A DNA stretch of 64,000 nt. Source: Eledone cirrhosa. Taxonomy: Eukaryota. The notes beneath the pieces are model-generated. The model did no database searches. It was not told where the DNA came from and was given only the letters and a program-made list of their open reading frames with translations. The translations under genes and the position numbers were made by a program. Location: assembly GCA_964016885.1 (NCBI GenBank), contig OZ024740.1, positions 370,140,001 to 370,204,000 on the forward strand, in the 5' to 3' direction. Below, piece by piece: positions 62,851 through 64,000 of the stretch; the stretch's first letter is position 1, and every line of letters begins with the position of its first letter.

Positions 62851-63870
62851 AATATCGAACCTCAGGCAGCATATTTAACATCAGGCGCTTTGCTGTAAAA
62901 ACAAAAGTAGTTACATCAATCATAAGAGACCTCTTGTATGCAGATGATTACGATCTTGTAGCGCAGAACATTTTGAATGCATTTTCTGATGCCTGTACTG
63001 CCCTATGATTGACTGTCAGTCTAAAGGAAACCGTCGTCATGCACCTATCTGCCCCTGGTAAGCAGTACAGTGAACCAAATATCTATGTGTATGGTAAATA
63101 ACTTGGAGTGGTTGATCAGTTTGTCTACCTGGGAAGCACTGTCAATCGAAACAGCAACCTTGATAACGAAATTCCACTGAGGATTAGGAAAGCAAGTGAT
63201 GCTTTCGGGAAGCTAGAAAGGTGACTCTGGGGTCGGCGAGACATGTGCAAGAAGACAAAGGTAAAGGTGTACAAGGCAGGTGTGCTCTCTTCTCTTCTTT
63301 ACGCCTGCGAGACCTGGGTCACATATCTACGCCACCTTAAACAATTGGTGCGCTTCCATAAGATGTGTATCAGACGGATCCATGGCGTTCACTGGAGAGA
63401 CCACATTAGTGATGTCGAGATTTTGGAAAGCTATCTGTGTGACAGTATGGAAGCTCTTGTGTTTAAGCAAGGACTCCGATGGAGTGGTCACCTTCCCAGG
63501 ATGAAGGATTCGAGAATACCAAAACGACTCTTGGATGGAGAGTTATTTAAAGGAAAACGACCTCCACATAAACCAAAAAAGAGGTATAAGGATTCATTGA
63601 AAGCCTCTTTGAAAGACGCTAACATCTCTGCTGATACACGGGAAAATGTTGCTGCTGATCGTAATAAATGGAGAAAGACTGTATATGAGCGGAAAGTTGT
63701 TTTTGAGGCATCTCGAATCGCATACGAAAAAGTAAAGAGGGATGTGAGGAAGGGCTTACTGTTGCATTTCCAGACGCCGAAGGTCCTCTTATGGCGCTGA
63801 CATGCAGCGTCTGTGCGAGACTCTACCTCAGCAAAGCTGAACTCGAAATTCGTCTTCTCAGTCATAAAGT
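62848..63870 (+). mobile_element. RTE/BovB-clade LINE, 3' half, with in-frame stops
   Basis: YRTSGSIFNIRR...LLYADD...FVYLGS...LLYACETW...LRWSGHLPRMKDSRIPKRLLDGEL. Confidence 0.92.
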
Positions 63871-64000
63871 GACACCAGTAGTTGACTACCAGACTGCTGT
63901 TGGAGATGCTACTCATCATGCCTGCTAAGCATGTGCTAGAGAATGTAAATCAGCAGGAGGGCTCAAACGAGATGCAAAGGTGCAAGAAATCCAATCACCC

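Overview
AT-rich eukaryotic DNA with no recognisable host gene. The SINE and repeat content suggest a coleoid cephalopod such as Octopus (inference). Bases ~1-45,000 and ~56,500-63,000 are a nested pile of retroelements inside (TA)n microsatellites. They include four decayed Penelope-like elements (PLEs) of the Hydra-type clade (RT YRDD, CxC-x4-C linker, C-terminal GIY-YIG), three Neptune-type PLEs, and about ten short non-coding families, most carrying type I hammerhead ribozymes (HHRs). Some of these are tandem ~460-540 nt monomers that look like retrozymes. There are also ~14 copies of a tRNA-derived SINE and old RTE, R4/Dong-like and ORF1 LINE remnants. The strongest pattern is one insertion architecture shared by unrelated families: two 5'-truncated arms joined head-to-head, both 3' ends in (TA)n. 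One arm stops at a fixed internal 'short end'; the other runs 45-170 nt further through a tail that often begins with an RCTC...GAGY stem. Several ribozymes have fixed non-canonical cores (U3-A8, CUGAAUGA, CAGAAGA), and four truncated SINE copies all break at the T-loop/B-box. Coordinates were read by eye (about +/-5 nt; much looser for old LINE remnants). No database search or folding program was run.
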